A stretch of 64,000 bases of DNA from Anaerolineae bacterium (GTDB taxonomy: Bacteria; Desulfobacterota; Desulfobacteria; Desulfobacterales; ETH-SRB1): NCBI GenBank assembly GCA_035529315.1, contig DATKWZ010000013.1, positions 17,807 to 81,806 on the forward strand, read 5' to 3'. Shown here piece after piece: positions 1 through 9,491 of the stretch. Every line of letters starts with the position of its first letter. The stretch's first letter is position 1. The position numbers and the translations under genes are program-made. The notes under the pieces were generated by a model that saw nothing but the letters and a program-made list of their open reading frames with translations, ran no database searches and was not told the origin of the DNA.

Positions 1-828
1 GGTCATGGATGACATCTCTTCAAGGGATGATGATGTCTCTTCGATTGAGGCTGCCTGCTCAGATGCTCCTTCGGCAAGAGACTGGCTGGATGATGAAATC
101 TGGCCGGATGATGAGGCTACCTGGCCGATCACTTCATTTAGTGCGTTTGCGACTCTTTTAATGGGGCGGATAACCACTCTCGAGATCAATATAAAAAGGG
201 TTAGGATAACGATTAAACTTCCGGAAAGGCCTATAACTATATTCTTATTCCGCAGCTTTCCAAGGTCTTTATACATCTCTTCGAGACCCTCTCTTACCAT
301 CATGCCCCCAAGTACGGCCTGACTTGAACCATGGCAGTGAAAGCAGCGATTTTCGTTTAGAATGGGGCGAATCGTGGTCAGATAAGGCTTTCCTCCTATG
401 ATTTCTTCATATTCTGTTTTATCGGATTTGCCGTTTTGTATTAATTGATTGATAGCGTTTTCCAGATCGGATGAATCGGTCAGTTCGGATACACTGTTAC
501 CGATCCTCATTTTTTCAGAGGCATAAGTTATATGCTTGTCAAAACCGAAGATTAAAACCTCTTCCCCTTCTCCCATAAGGTCTTCAAGCCCTTCCATCTG
601 GCGCCCGATAGCTTCGGAGTCGCCTGTAGCCATGGGATAGATCATGCCGTTATAGAATGTATCCGCAAGTATGTTTGTTGCATGAAAGACCTCTGCTTTA
701 ATATGTTTCCGCTGGTCTGAGAGATTAATATAAATTATAGAACCAAGAATAAGTGCAAAGAGAATCGCAAGCCCGCCGATCATTAAAGGCATACTTTTTG
801 TCGTTTTATTTGTCTTTTTATTTTCCAT
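1..828 (-). CDS. Methyl-accepting chemotaxis protein, N-terminal 276 codons (3' end runs off the window at position 1); periplasmic sensor carries a c-type haem motif
   Basis: Hand translation of the minus strand from ATG 828-826 stays open to position 1. It is absent from the ORF track because no stop lies in the window. Order: MENKKTNK..., TM1 LMIGGLAILFALILGSIIY, a ~165-aa periplasmic region ending ILNENRCFHCHGSS (CxxCH), TM2 IVIGLSGSLIVILTLFILI, then RPIKRVANALNEV and QSLAEGASEQAASIEETSSSLEEMSSMT, the typical start of an MCP signalling domain. The start overlaps the upstream stop (TAATG). Confidence 0.85.
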   Translation of the reverse strand, partial: MENKKTNKTTKSMPLMIGGLAILFALILGSIIYINLSDQRKHIKAEVFHATNILADTFYNGMIYPMATGDSEAIGRQMEGLEDLMGEGEEVLIFGFDKHITYASEKMRIGNSVSELTDSSDLENAINQLIQNGKSDKTEYEEIIGGKPYLTTIRPILNENRCFHCHGSSQAVLGGMMVREGLEEMYKDLGKLRNKNIVIGLSGSLIVILTLFILISRVVIRPIKRVANALNEVIGQVASSSGQISSSSQSLAEGASEQAASIEETSSSLEEMSSMT

Positions 829-1331
829 TAGTGTGCTCCCCCATAGATTAAGGGTTTAAAACGAAAGGCTCCCACACGTTCCGCATTATGGCATGTTTCA
901 CACGCCTTCAGAGTCAATTTCCCGTTGATATCCTCGGGAGCGCCTGTTTCCGCATGGATGCCTCCAGGACCATGACAAACTTCACATCCTGCGTTTTTAA
1001 GATCAGGTGTTTCAGTTTCTGATTTAAACCCGCCTGGTTCACCATATCCTGTGGTATGACATTTAAAGCATCCTTTAAACTCTTCATCGGTTAATCTATT
1101 TTTCATGGTTTTGATAGACTTGAATGAATTTCTTTTGTGCGCAAATGTTTTAAAATTTTTGTACTCTGTTTCATGACATTCCACACATGCATCCGAACCA
1201 ACATAGGTGTTATCCGCTGCTTCACATCCGAGCCTGCCGAAAGGGGCATAAGATAACAGCCAGAATAAAACCAGGACATAGTTGCATAAAATTCTTGATA
1301 CTTGATATGTTTTTTTTGTTTTTGTCGTCAC
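828..1331 (-). CDS. Tetrahaem cytochrome c, N-terminally anchored or secreted
   Basis: 167 aa. Hydrophobic N-terminus ILCNYVLVLFWLLSYAPF. Four CxxCH motifs (CVECH, CFKCH, CEVCH, CETCH). GTG start 6 nt after AAGGAGGA. Confidence 0.85.
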   Translation of the reverse strand: MTTKTKKTYQVSRILCNYVLVLFWLLSYAPFGRLGCEAADNTYVGSDACVECHETEYKNFKTFAHKRNSFKSIKTMKNRLTDEEFKGCFKCHTTGYGEPGGFKSETETPDLKNAGCEVCHGPGGIHAETGAPEDINGKLTLKACETCHNAERVGAFRFKPLIYGGAH

Positions 1332-1376
1332 TACCCATCCTCCTTTTTCGCTTAATTCCTCAATCCCTAAATCCCC

Positions 1377-1592
1377 CTACCTGTCATCTGCGTCACCACA
1401 AAGATCATGGATCGCTGATTCTGAAAAGCCGAATTTTCTCAATAATCTCATTACCTCGGAAGCAGAAATCTTATGGCATTTGCCTATCTTATAAGCCTTA
1501 ATTTCCCCCTCTTTTATCCACCGATAAATCGTCACCCGATTGACTTTAAACAACATGGCTACTTCTGAAGTAGAATATAGTGATTCCGTCAT
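1377..1592 (-). CDS. Small excisionase/MerR-type helix-turn-helix DNA-binding protein
   Basis: 71 aa. STSEVAMLFKVNRVTIYRWIKEGEIKAYKIGK fits the excisionase-family HTH pattern. SD AAGGTGG. First gene after a sigma-28-type promoter. Confidence 0.7.
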   Translation of the reverse strand: MTESLYSTSEVAMLFKVNRVTIYRWIKEGEIKAYKIGKCHKISASEVMRLLRKFGFSESAIHDLCGDADDR

Positions 1593-1658
1593 TTAACCAC
1601 CTTTTGCAAGCAAAAATTATGCAATATGCAACAATTTCATCCAATGTAACAATTGTAT

Positions 1659-1686
1659 TAATCGGCAAAAAACAAAAAAAACTTTA
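1659..1686 (-). promoter_or_regulatory. Sigma-28 (FliA)-type promoter for the HTH-cytochrome-MCP operon
   Basis: The minus strand reads TAAAGTTT-N12-GCCGATTA (TAAA-N16-GCCGATTA), ~65 nt upstream of the ATG at 1592. Confidence 0.7.
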
Positions 1687-1921
1687 ATCTTGTTCATTCA
1701 GCTTGACTCGTTTCCGGTTGCTTTCAACTTCTTATTACAGGGTTAACTCTCCGCTCTATGCTCTATGCCCTATGCTCTCCGCTCTCCGCTCCCTCCCCAA
1801 TCAGAAACAGATCACCTTGTCTGTGTGAAAATAGATCCTTCGGGAATCATAACCTCCGAGATTCCGGCTAATGAGCTTGATCCCTTCAATTTTCAAAAAC
1901 TCAAGGACAAACCCGACATTT

Positions 1922-2809
1922 TCACTCCGGTTTCCTGTACATGGCTCTATCAACGTTCTGGAATCTTTCGTTAATACCGTGCAATGATTCTGAATGACCG
2001 ATAAAGAGATATCCGCCTGGAACGAGCTGGTCGTAAAACTTTTCGAATAATTTTCTCTGAGTCTGCTGGTCAAAATATATGACTACATTGCGGCAGAATA
2101 TTATGTCCATGCTCGGCCTGATACCAAAATCTTTGTCCATAAAGTTGAGATGGCGGAAGGTAATACAATTACGCAATTCCGGAACAACGCGGCAGAGCTC
2201 CTTTTGAGAGTTTTTACCGCGCATCAGGTATTTCTCTCGCCACATGGCAGGAACCTGTTCAACCGTTTTTTTTAGATAGATCGCTTTTTTTGCCGTGGCA
2301 AGCATCTGGGTGGATATGTCCGTAGCAAGTATGGCAAACTTGTCAAGTGGCCGAGTAGTCAAAAAGAACTCTGCCAGGACCATGGCCAGGGTGTAAGCCT
2401 CTTCCCCGCTGGAACACCCGGCGCTCCAGATGTTCAGCCTCCTCATATTTCCTGTCTGTTTTGACCCGGCAAGCAACGGCAAAACATTCTTTGTCAGAAA
2501 GTCAAAATGCTCCGCCTCACGAAAAAATTCAGTCTTGTTTGTAGTGACTACGTCTATCATCCTGGCAAGTTCTTTAGAGCGACCATGGGGGCTGCTAACA
2601 TAGTCATAGTACTCGCTGTAAGAGGTCAATCCAAGATCACGCAATCGCTTGAGAAGCCTGGCTGTGAGCATGGCCTTCTTGGCAGGCGACATCTTGATGC
2701 CGCATTGGGCGTAAATAAACTCGCTGAAACGCTTAAACTCCTGATTTGACATGGTGGGAGAGTAAAACGCCTGGTTTGCGGCTCTATTCTTCTGTTGCAT
2801 ATTGTACAT
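1922..2809 (-). CDS. cheR: Chemotaxis protein methyltransferase CheR
   Basis: 295 aa. N-terminal helical CheR_N-like region (FKRFSEFIYAQCGI). SAM-dependent methyltransferase core IWSAGCSSGEEAYTLAM ... IIFCRNVVIYFD. The exact start (M1, M4 or M20) is uncertain. Confidence 0.9.
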   Translation of the reverse strand: MYNMQQKNRAANQAFYSPTMSNQEFKRFSEFIYAQCGIKMSPAKKAMLTARLLKRLRDLGLTSYSEYYDYVSSPHGRSKELARMIDVVTTNKTEFFREAEHFDFLTKNVLPLLAGSKQTGNMRRLNIWSAGCSSGEEAYTLAMVLAEFFLTTRPLDKFAILATDISTQMLATAKKAIYLKKTVEQVPAMWREKYLMRGKNSQKELCRVVPELRNCITFRHLNFMDKDFGIRPSMDIIFCRNVVIYFDQQTQRKLFEKFYDQLVPGGYLFIGHSESLHGINERFQNVDRAMYRKPE

Positions 2810-3026
2810 AATTTACTCAACGACTCCCCCCCACCCAACAACATCCTGGCAACGTGAAATGAACCGCCACACCGTTTCCCTCTAAGGGCAGAAGGGGCTC
2901 AACCCAGATTCTTGCAACTCAAATCTTAGATTTTTTGACTCTACTTCTGTCTCAAATAGTGACAAAGCCTTCTTTGTCAGGTCAACAAGGTTGATAAAAG
3001 TAAAATCTGTGTTATTCACGGTTGAC

Positions 3027-3638
3027 TTAAAGGCATGTTATGTCTTGAGCTTTTTTAAGCAGTTCGCTTGCGCTTCTATGAACAAATAAGGCTTTTTCCA
3101 CATAGTTCTTCGCGCTTGCAGATTTATCAAATGCCATAACAGCCATCTCGAGATAGCCTGAAACAACCATACTCAAATTGCTTAAATCGTGGATAATCAT
3201 GCTCGCAAAGTCTTTATTGAGAGCTAATTTCTCTCTGGAATAATCTAAAGTTTTCTTTGTCTTGAAAAATGTCTTTACGCAGGCCCGGATTAAACTCTGA
3301 TTAAAAGGCTTGACTATAAATCCCTCTCCCCCGGACTCAATCCCCTTTTTATGAAAATCAGGATCAGAAAGAACTGTAGTAAAAAGCACGGGTACACCTT
3401 GGGTACCTGTGTCATTCTTTAAGGTCTTGCAAACCTCAAATCCTGAAATCCCCGGCATCATAACATCTATAATAACCAGATCCGGCTTGATATCTCTGAC
3501 CAATTTTAACGCTTTTTCGCAGTTGTCAACGTGATATATGCAATAATTATCGGATTGTAGATATCCTTCCAAAATCATACCGGAAACCGGATCATCCTCA
3601 ACGATTAGAATTTTAGGTTGATTATTCATACTTGTCAT
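3027..3638 (-). CDS. Response-regulator receiver fused to a DHp/HisKA-like helical domain, with no ATPase domain
   Basis: 203 aa. REC motifs ILIVEDD, DLVIIDVMMPGISG, FIVKPF. The C-terminal ~70 aa contain an H-box-like IIHDLSNLSMVVSGYLEM. No N/G1/G2 boxes follow. Confidence 0.75.
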   Translation of the reverse strand: MTSMNNQPKILIVEDDPVSGMILEGYLQSDNYCIYHVDNCEKALKLVRDIKPDLVIIDVMMPGISGFEVCKTLKNDTGTQGVPVLFTTVLSDPDFHKKGIESGGEGFIVKPFNQSLIRACVKTFFKTKKTLDYSREKLALNKDFASMIIHDLSNLSMVVSGYLEMAVMAFDKSASAKNYVEKALFVHRSASELLKKAQDITCL

Positions 3639-3879
3639 TTGTCACTTATCATTGGTCATTGGATTGAATATTGAAAATCAAAGGAATAAATCTTCAATTC
3701 AGCTTAATTGTCTCGTCAAAGCGATAGATAAAGCAAATAAAGGGCCAGGTGGAGAGAAAAATTAATTTTTTTTAAGAGAGGATTTGTGGCGACCAGCTAA
3801 ATATTGCAACATCTGGCATAAAGGAATTATGCGGCACACAATATATGGCAGGATAGTGCTTTTAGAGGTGATCAAATTT

Positions 3880-4006
3880 TGATGGACTCGTAAAAAAGAA
3901 AAATTTACCACGGATGGCACAGAGCGCGCAGAGATAACTATTTAAAATTGCAAAGTTTTCCTCTGTGTTCTCAGCGGTGCGAACCGACCTTCTACGAAGT
4001 CATCAA
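3880..4006. mobile_element. MITE-like element, variant copy (terminal inverted repeats of the cgtaaaaag type)
   Basis: Left end TGATGGACTCGTAAAAAAG. The right end, reverse-complemented, is TGATGACTTCGTAGAAGG. The interior has its own inverted words (ggcacagagcgcgcagag / ctctgtgttctcagcggtgc). No ORF. Confidence 0.5.
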
Positions 4007-4170
4007 TATTTATAATAGAAAATGAATTCCGAAGCAAAAAAGGAAGGGAAAAATGGTTCAGGTGGCCGACGATCAACCTGATACAGCTCATATCTATTTG
4101 TTATTGCAAAGAATAAAGGCCAACAGGCTTATTTTGAGCCAAGGCGGCTGAAAAACGGCCATTCATTCAA

Positions 4171-5592
4171 CTACTCAACCAATCCCAAATCGGCTATCTT
4201 TTTTTTTATGGTGGATCTTGAAATTCCCAGTATCTTGGCAGAACGGGTTCGATTACCTTTTTCTTTCTTGAGCACCTTTTTAATATAAGCTGCCTCTAAC
4301 TTTTTCAGTGTCATGTTATCGGAAAGCTGAAAGTCGGATATGTGAGGTTGATCTGCTGAAAATCGCTCTGATCCATTTTGGCGGGTTAATTCAGGAGGAA
4401 GGTATCTAAGAGTAATTTCATTATCCTGCCCGGAAAACAGAATTGCCCTTTCAATCACATTGCGCAGCTCTCTGACATTGCCCGGCCAGTCATATTTTTG
4501 AAACGCTTCCATGGCCTGGGCGGAAAAAGTCTTTTCCGTGGTCTTTGTTAAAGAAGAGTGAGACAAAAAATAGTCGACAAGCTCTGGAATATCTTCTTTG
4601 CGCTTTCTGAGCGGCGGCATATTAATCTCGAAAACATTTAGCCTGTAAAAAAGGTCCAACCGGAAGCGGCCTTTTTTTATCTCTCTTTCAATATGGCGGT
4701 TGGTTGCTGCGATAATCCTGACGTTTGCCTTTCTTTCCGTTGTTTCTCCAAGTCGTCTGAATAGACCGGAATCAAGCACGGTCAGGACCTTGGCCTGCAC
4801 AGCGCCGGCCATATCGCCAATCTCATCCACAAATAAAGTGCCTCTTTCAGCGACCTCAACAAGGCCTTTTTTATGCCTGTCAGCACCGGTAAAGGCCCCT
4901 TTTGCATAACCAAAGAGTTCGCTTTCCAGAAGGCTTTCCTGCAAACCAGCGCAATTGATATGGACAAAGGGTTCTGATGCACGCTTACCTTCCCAGTGCA
5001 TTGCTTCTGCTGCCAAATGCTTACCTGTTCCGCTTTCTCCTGAAATCAGTACAGGCAGCTCCAGGTTTTTAAACATGTCGATCCTGGCCCGAACTTCTTT
5101 TATCAGGCTGTTCCTGCCGGTTATTTCTCTGGTTCTGCTTCGTCCCGGCGTAAGCCTGCGGTGATACTCTCTCATACTATCGAGGCAGTTTAGCGAATCA
5201 TCAAGCTCACCTTGTAAACGTCTCATCTTGAGCAGGCTGTCAATATGGGCCTTTAGTATGGCCACATCAATCGGTTTGGCCAAAAAACCGTCTACACCTG
5301 CCTTAATGGCTTTTATATTGCTCTCACGGTCATTTAAGGCGGTAATTGCCACAATCGGAATCTTGAATGTCTTAGGATCGGATTTCAGCCTACGGGTTAC
5401 CTCGAATCCGTCGATCCCGGGCATCATCAGGTCGAGCAGGATAATATCAGGAAAAGACCCGGCAACCTTTTTCAATGCCTCTGATCCACTCCCGGCTTTT
5501 TGGGGGGAAAAGCCAAGAGTGACAAGATAAGCCTCAAGGACAGCCAGATTGGCTTCGCTATCATCGACGATTAGTATTTTATCATGAGTCAT
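4171..5592 (-). CDS. Sigma-54-dependent response regulator (NtrC family): REC + AAA+ + Fis-type HTH; candidate top-tier flagellar activator
   Basis: 473 aa. REC with DIILLDLMMPGIDG. AAA+ Walker A GESGTGK and the GAFTGA sigma-54 contact loop (YAKGAFTGA). ESELFG, FRLDLFYRLNV. C-terminal HTH RTRSAKILGISRSTIKKK. Confidence 0.9.
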   Translation of the reverse strand: MTHDKILIVDDSEANLAVLEAYLVTLGFSPQKAGSGSEALKKVAGSFPDIILLDLMMPGIDGFEVTRRLKSDPKTFKIPIVAITALNDRESNIKAIKAGVDGFLAKPIDVAILKAHIDSLLKMRRLQGELDDSLNCLDSMREYHRRLTPGRSRTREITGRNSLIKEVRARIDMFKNLELPVLISGESGTGKHLAAEAMHWEGKRASEPFVHINCAGLQESLLESELFGYAKGAFTGADRHKKGLVEVAERGTLFVDEIGDMAGAVQAKVLTVLDSGLFRRLGETTERKANVRIIAATNRHIEREIKKGRFRLDLFYRLNVFEINMPPLRKRKEDIPELVDYFLSHSSLTKTTEKTFSAQAMEAFQKYDWPGNVRELRNVIERAILFSGQDNEITLRYLPPELTRQNGSERFSADQPHISDFQLSDNMTLKKLEAAYIKKVLKKEKGNRTRSAKILGISRSTIKKKIADLGLVE

Positions 5593-5736
5593 TCACCCGC
5601 CTCCCCGGCCCTGTCAATGAGTCGTTTCATCCGTAACATCATTGACTAACCCATTTAATAAATACACTAAAAAAAGATTGTTGTCAATTTTCCATTGTCA
5701 AAAATGCTTCTATTTACGACATCTACAAAAAAATAC

Positions 5737-5751
5737 GCACAAGATGTGCCA
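5737..5751 (-). promoter_or_regulatory. Weak sigma-54-type promoter candidate upstream of the NtrC-type activator
   Basis: The minus strand reads TGGCAC-atctt-GTGC. The -12 element has G instead of T. ~145 nt upstream of ATG 5592. Confidence 0.35.
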
Positions 5752-5910
5752 TATCAAGGGCATCTATTTTTAAAATGCAAATGTCTTAGGAATTAAGTGG
5801 GCGGCAAAGGATCTAATGGGTGGAAATGGCCAAGAGAAAAAGACTAAATATGGCTTACTGCGTCAAGACAATAACGACGGCCTTTATTTCGGCAGTGGGC
5901 AGGTTACTTT

Positions 5911-6399
5911 TCACATTACCAGAGCGGAAGAAATTATTTCTCCTTTTTCACATGCCTTTTCTTCGGAAAATACCTTATTTTCTGTTATGGGATGTTGAAC
6001 AGGATAATTAGGATCAACAAGAATAACCTGTTTTGCCAGCATTTTTTTTGAATTTACCACGATGGGAGCTCTAAGGTTTGCCGTTACCTTGAAAGGATCG
6101 GAACGGATCGTTACGACAGAAAATAAAACCACATCCTCAGGCGATGAGATTTCAAGTAATCTCGCTTCATCGTCAGATATTAACGGCTCGTAATCCTGTT
6201 TTACAACAAGGGAGTTGATAACGACAAAAGCGACCGAACCATCCTCAACGGACTGAAACCACCAGAAGGGATTCTTTTCCTCCTGTATGAGGAGTACATA
6301 TCTTCCCAGGTGTTCAAACCCCAGCATTCCCCCCTTTATCCAAATAACCCTGGATTCATCAATACCTATGTCTCCAAAACGGGTGGTAGAAATTCTCAC
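5911..6399 (-). CDS. fliW: Flagellar assembly factor FliW (CsrA antagonist)
   Basis: [30 protein letters not shown]... is a typical FliW N-terminus. The GTG at 6399-6397 overlaps the csrA stop (TAGTG), so I prefer it to the longer track ORF ending at 6435. Confidence 0.85.
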   Translation of the reverse strand: MRISTTRFGDIGIDESRVIWIKGGMLGFEHLGRYVLLIQEEKNPFWWFQSVEDGSVAFVVINSLVVKQDYEPLISDDEARLLEISSPEDVVLFSVVTIRSDPFKVTANLRAPIVVNSKKMLAKQVILVDPNYPVQHPITENKVFSEEKACEKGEIISSALVM

Positions 6400-6656
6400 T
6401 AAACTTCCTCCTCTGGATTTTTCAGTCTGTTCCATATATTAGACAGACTCTTGCCTGTTGAATTATCGCGCGCTGTCTCTACCGCCAGGATATTCTGTTC
6501 CCTGATCATTTGATAAACCTCCTCGCGATGAATGGTTACATCCGCGGGGGCATCTATCCCTATCCTTAGCTGCTTTCCCCTTGCCTCGAGGATAGTAACC
6601 TTGATTTCATTACCAATTCTTATTGTTTCGCCTAACTTCCTTGTCAGGATCAGCAT
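6399..6656 (-). CDS. csrA: Carbon storage/translational regulator CsrA
   Basis: 85 aa. [48 protein letters not shown] is the canonical CsrA fold sequence. Located between flgL and fliW. Confidence 0.95.
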   Translation of the reverse strand: MLILTRKLGETIRIGNEIKVTILEARGKQLRIGIDAPADVTIHREEVYQMIREQNILAVETARDNSTGKSLSNIWNRLKNPEEEV

Positions 6657-6661
6657 ATTAT

Positions 6662-7894
6662 TTATCTAAGAAAATCGAGTATTGTTAAATTTCCTATCTT
6701 TGAGGCCACACTGTACGACGCTTGCAAAGCAATCTCTTTCATGGCAAACTTGCTGATTATTTCAGATATATCTGCATCTTCCACGCTGGACATCAGCTCG
6801 GTCAGATTCAGATTCATATCAGCCATGGTATTTTTCGCTATCTCTAATCTGATCATCCTGTTGCCGCACCTGGAAATATTTTCCGATATTTGATCAGATG
6901 AATCCTTAAGACCGTCTATGCAGGCCGCAATGCCGTCCGGATCATTATTCTCCAGAGCCGTCTTCAAATCATTGAGAACCCCGAATACATCAACACTCCC
7001 ATTCCCCTTGTCCGTAAAGGCTGCTTCACCTGAAATGGAGTAAGCAAAGGAGCTCCCTTCTGCGACATTAACCGATAGTTCCTCGCCGTTGCCGTTGTAA
7101 TACCCTGTAGCAAAGGCATGGACATAAAAGATATCACCCGCAGCCAGCTCAGGATCGGCCGCACCGGTATCATCAAAGGTCAAGACTATGCCGTCACCTA
7201 TGTCGCCGGTATCTACTGAACCGCTATCCGGCAATACAAAGGTTTTCCCTGTTGATGTCCAGGTTGCCCCTCCATCATCAGACACATCATAGGTTGCGGT
7301 TTCTGTCACATTATCCCAGGCGGTAATCTTCACCGCATAAGTCTTGTTTACACTGCCTGTATATGTGCCGCTGGACGTCACGCTACCGTCAAAAGTATTC
7401 CCTTCAGCCGCGGCAGCCGTTCCTATCCCAGCAACAGTTCTTTCGGAAGATGAAAAAGGAGTTTCTCCGGTTTTCGTGCCCGAAAAAAGATATTTGCCCT
7501 CATACTTTGAATTGGCAAGGGAAAGCATTTCATCTATAAGCTGCTGCACGGTCTCGGCTTCGGTGCTTCGCACCTCGGCAGATGAGGTTGCTGTTGACTG
7601 GGCAACAGCCACTTCTCTGGCCTTTATTAGAAGGTCGCCCGCAAACGACAGTTTTGATTCCGTAATAGTGATCCATGATCCACGGCTATCAATGTTCTTG
7701 CTGTACTGTTCGACAGACGCCTTGGTTTCTCGAAAATTCAGCACCCTGCTCATGCCGATGGGATCATCCGAAGGTCTGTTAATTTCCTTTAGTGAAGCAA
7801 TTTTTTCAGCGAGTTTATTATAACCCTCCTGGGCCTGAAACATACTATTGACCATTGTATTAAATTTCATGTTTTCTGATATACGCATTACCAT
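6662..7894 (-). CDS. flgL: Flagellar hook-associated protein 3 FlgL
   Basis: 410 aa. Flagellin-like N terminus ([16 protein letters not shown]) and C terminus ([22 protein letters not shown]). Follows flgK. Confidence 0.85.
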   Translation of the reverse strand: MVMRISENMKFNTMVNSMFQAQEGYNKLAEKIASLKEINRPSDDPIGMSRVLNFRETKASVEQYSKNIDSRGSWITITESKLSFAGDLLIKAREVAVAQSTATSSAEVRSTEAETVQQLIDEMLSLANSKYEGKYLFSGTKTGETPFSSSERTVAGIGTAAAAEGNTFDGSVTSSGTYTGSVNKTYAVKITAWDNVTETATYDVSDDGGATWTSTGKTFVLPDSGSVDTGDIGDGIVLTFDDTGAADPELAAGDIFYVHAFATGYYNGNGEELSVNVAEGSSFAYSISGEAAFTDKGNGSVDVFGVLNDLKTALENNDPDGIAACIDGLKDSSDQISENISRCGNRMIRLEIAKNTMADMNLNLTELMSSVEDADISEIISKFAMKEIALQASYSVASKIGNLTILDFLR

Positions 7895-8110
7895 AATACT
7901 GCCTCATAGACGTGTTAAGTGTTAGGTGTTAGGCAATTGATAAAACAAAGAATTGCCTCAACCTAATCCTCTAATCCCTTAATCCTCTAACCTATACATT
8001 CTGGATTCCGGCTTCCGCCGGAATGACGAAGGAAAGACGCCTTCTCACCCTCTAATCCCTGACCCCCGATCCCTGACCTCCCCTAGCTCTTAGCTCTATG
8101 CTCTCAGCTT

Positions 8111-9487
8111 CTACTGCACCAGGCTCATCAGGGTATCCGCCAGTTCCTGTGTGGTGACGAAAAGCCTGGCCGAAGCATTATAACCGGTCTGATATTTGAT
8201 AAGGTTCATCATCTCCTCATCAATCGACACCCCGGAAATTTCTTCTCTCTTGTTCGCAAACTGGTTCATAAGATTTGTATGATGATCAACACGACTGTTT
8301 GCATACGCAACATCCTGACCGATCTGCGCCACGAAAGAAGAATAATAGGAACTGAACGTTGATTTGCCAGTGTTCATAGTCAGTTCATCTTTTATCTGAC
8401 TCATGGTTACGGCATTTCCACCATCGCCGTTTACCGTCGATGATGCCGCTATCTTATTTACATCCGCGACAATAGCGTCGGCAACCTTTATATATCTGGC
8501 CTCTTCGACTCCTGTGTCAAATGCAAAGAAATTTTCGCCCAGGTTTTGATTAATATCATAACCCAGTATATGCTGGGCATTTACCTGATCAACTATGGTT
8601 TTAGCCAGGTCATCAAGGCTATCCATATAGCCTACCGCCGTGGTGTCGCGAATATCCAGGAAAGCCGCCAGGCTTCCCTTTGTTATAGAACTATTAATCA
8701 CGGTATCTGTGTCATCTTTCAAAACAACGTCATAAAAAGAAGGATCAGAGGGGTGGTTCTCGGTCACGACATCAAGTTCCCATGTCTGACCGCCTTCTAC
8801 CAGCGGCATGCCATTGGACAGGAAGATGCTTATTGAACCACTTGAATCCGTGACAGTATGGAAATTGGCAACCTCGGCCATCTCTAATAAAAGGGTTGTC
8901 CTTTTGTCTCTGAGACTATTCAGACCAGGCTCCTCCGCAACCGCCGTTCCAGACTGTAGAATCCTGTCGTTTATATCAGCAATATCAGATGCATAGCTGT
9001 TGATCTTATCCACCAGAACCGGTATCCGTGTATTTGCGTCATCTTTCACGGAAATCAGCTCATTGCTATATGACCGAAACATGGACGTCAGACTCTGGGA
9101 AACAGACACCAGCGCCTGTCTTTCAGCCTGCCCGGAAGGATTTGTCGACAAATTCTCCCAGGCACCCCAGAATTTATTCAACAATTCATTAATACCCCCG
9201 CCGTCAGTCTCGTTAAATGTCATTTCAATCCTGTCCAGCGCGTCCTTTTTAGCTTCACTGTCCCCGAGATCATTTGCCTGCTCATTTATCTGAGCCTCTA
9301 AAAACCGATCATATATCCTTTCTATCCCTGTTATCTCAACACTTTGAACCAAGGCGCTGAATGCCGCCCGCTGCCTCGAATATCCAGTGGTGTTTGCATT
9401 GGCAATATTGGTCCCTGTAATATTTATCGCTGTCTGATGACTCAACAGACTATCTTTCGCGGTGTTCAATGCGTCGATACCGGACAT
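8111..9487 (-). CDS. flgK: Flagellar hook-associated protein 1 FlgK
   Basis: 458 aa. Axial-protein N-terminal motif INITGTNIANANTTGYSRQ. C-terminal EEMMNLIKYQTGYNASARLF. Confidence 0.9.
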   Translation of the reverse strand: MSGIDALNTAKDSLLSHQTAINITGTNIANANTTGYSRQRAAFSALVQSVEITGIERIYDRFLEAQINEQANDLGDSEAKKDALDRIEMTFNETDGGGINELLNKFWGAWENLSTNPSGQAERQALVSVSQSLTSMFRSYSNELISVKDDANTRIPVLVDKINSYASDIADINDRILQSGTAVAEEPGLNSLRDKRTTLLLEMAEVANFHTVTDSSGSISIFLSNGMPLVEGGQTWELDVVTENHPSDPSFYDVVLKDDTDTVINSSITKGSLAAFLDIRDTTAVGYMDSLDDLAKTIVDQVNAQHILGYDINQNLGENFFAFDTGVEEARYIKVADAIVADVNKIAASSTVNGDGGNAVTMSQIKDELTMNTGKSTFSSYYSSFVAQIGQDVAYANSRVDHHTNLMNQFANKREEISGVSIDEEMMNLIKYQTGYNASARLFVTTQELADTLMSLVQ

Positions 9488-9491
9488 TTGA

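Noticed and set aside
5-322. Plus-strand 105-aa ORF at the left edge of the ORF track
   Set aside because: It lies entirely antisense to a much better supported minus-strand MCP reading frame (TM, CxxCH, TM, signalling-domain motifs). It has no SD and no recognisable motif.
1377-1592. Excisionase-type HTH as a marker of a prophage or integrative element
   Set aside because: There is no integrase, att-like repeat or phage gene nearby. The gene is the first cistron of a sigma-28-type chemoreceptor operon.
3846-3930. TGGCAG-N5-TGCT and TGGCAC-N5-GCGC motifs on the plus strand
   Set aside because: The spacing or the -12 element is wrong. No plus-strand gene lies downstream. The second motif lies inside a MITE-like element.
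4053-4151. 32-codon plus-strand ORF (MVQVADDQPDTAHIYLLLQRIKANRLILSQGG) with an AAGGAAGGG SD-like sequence
   Set aside because: It is too short to evaluate, with no recognisable motif or promoter, and is convergent on the activator gene. It could be real, but the sequence alone does not support it.
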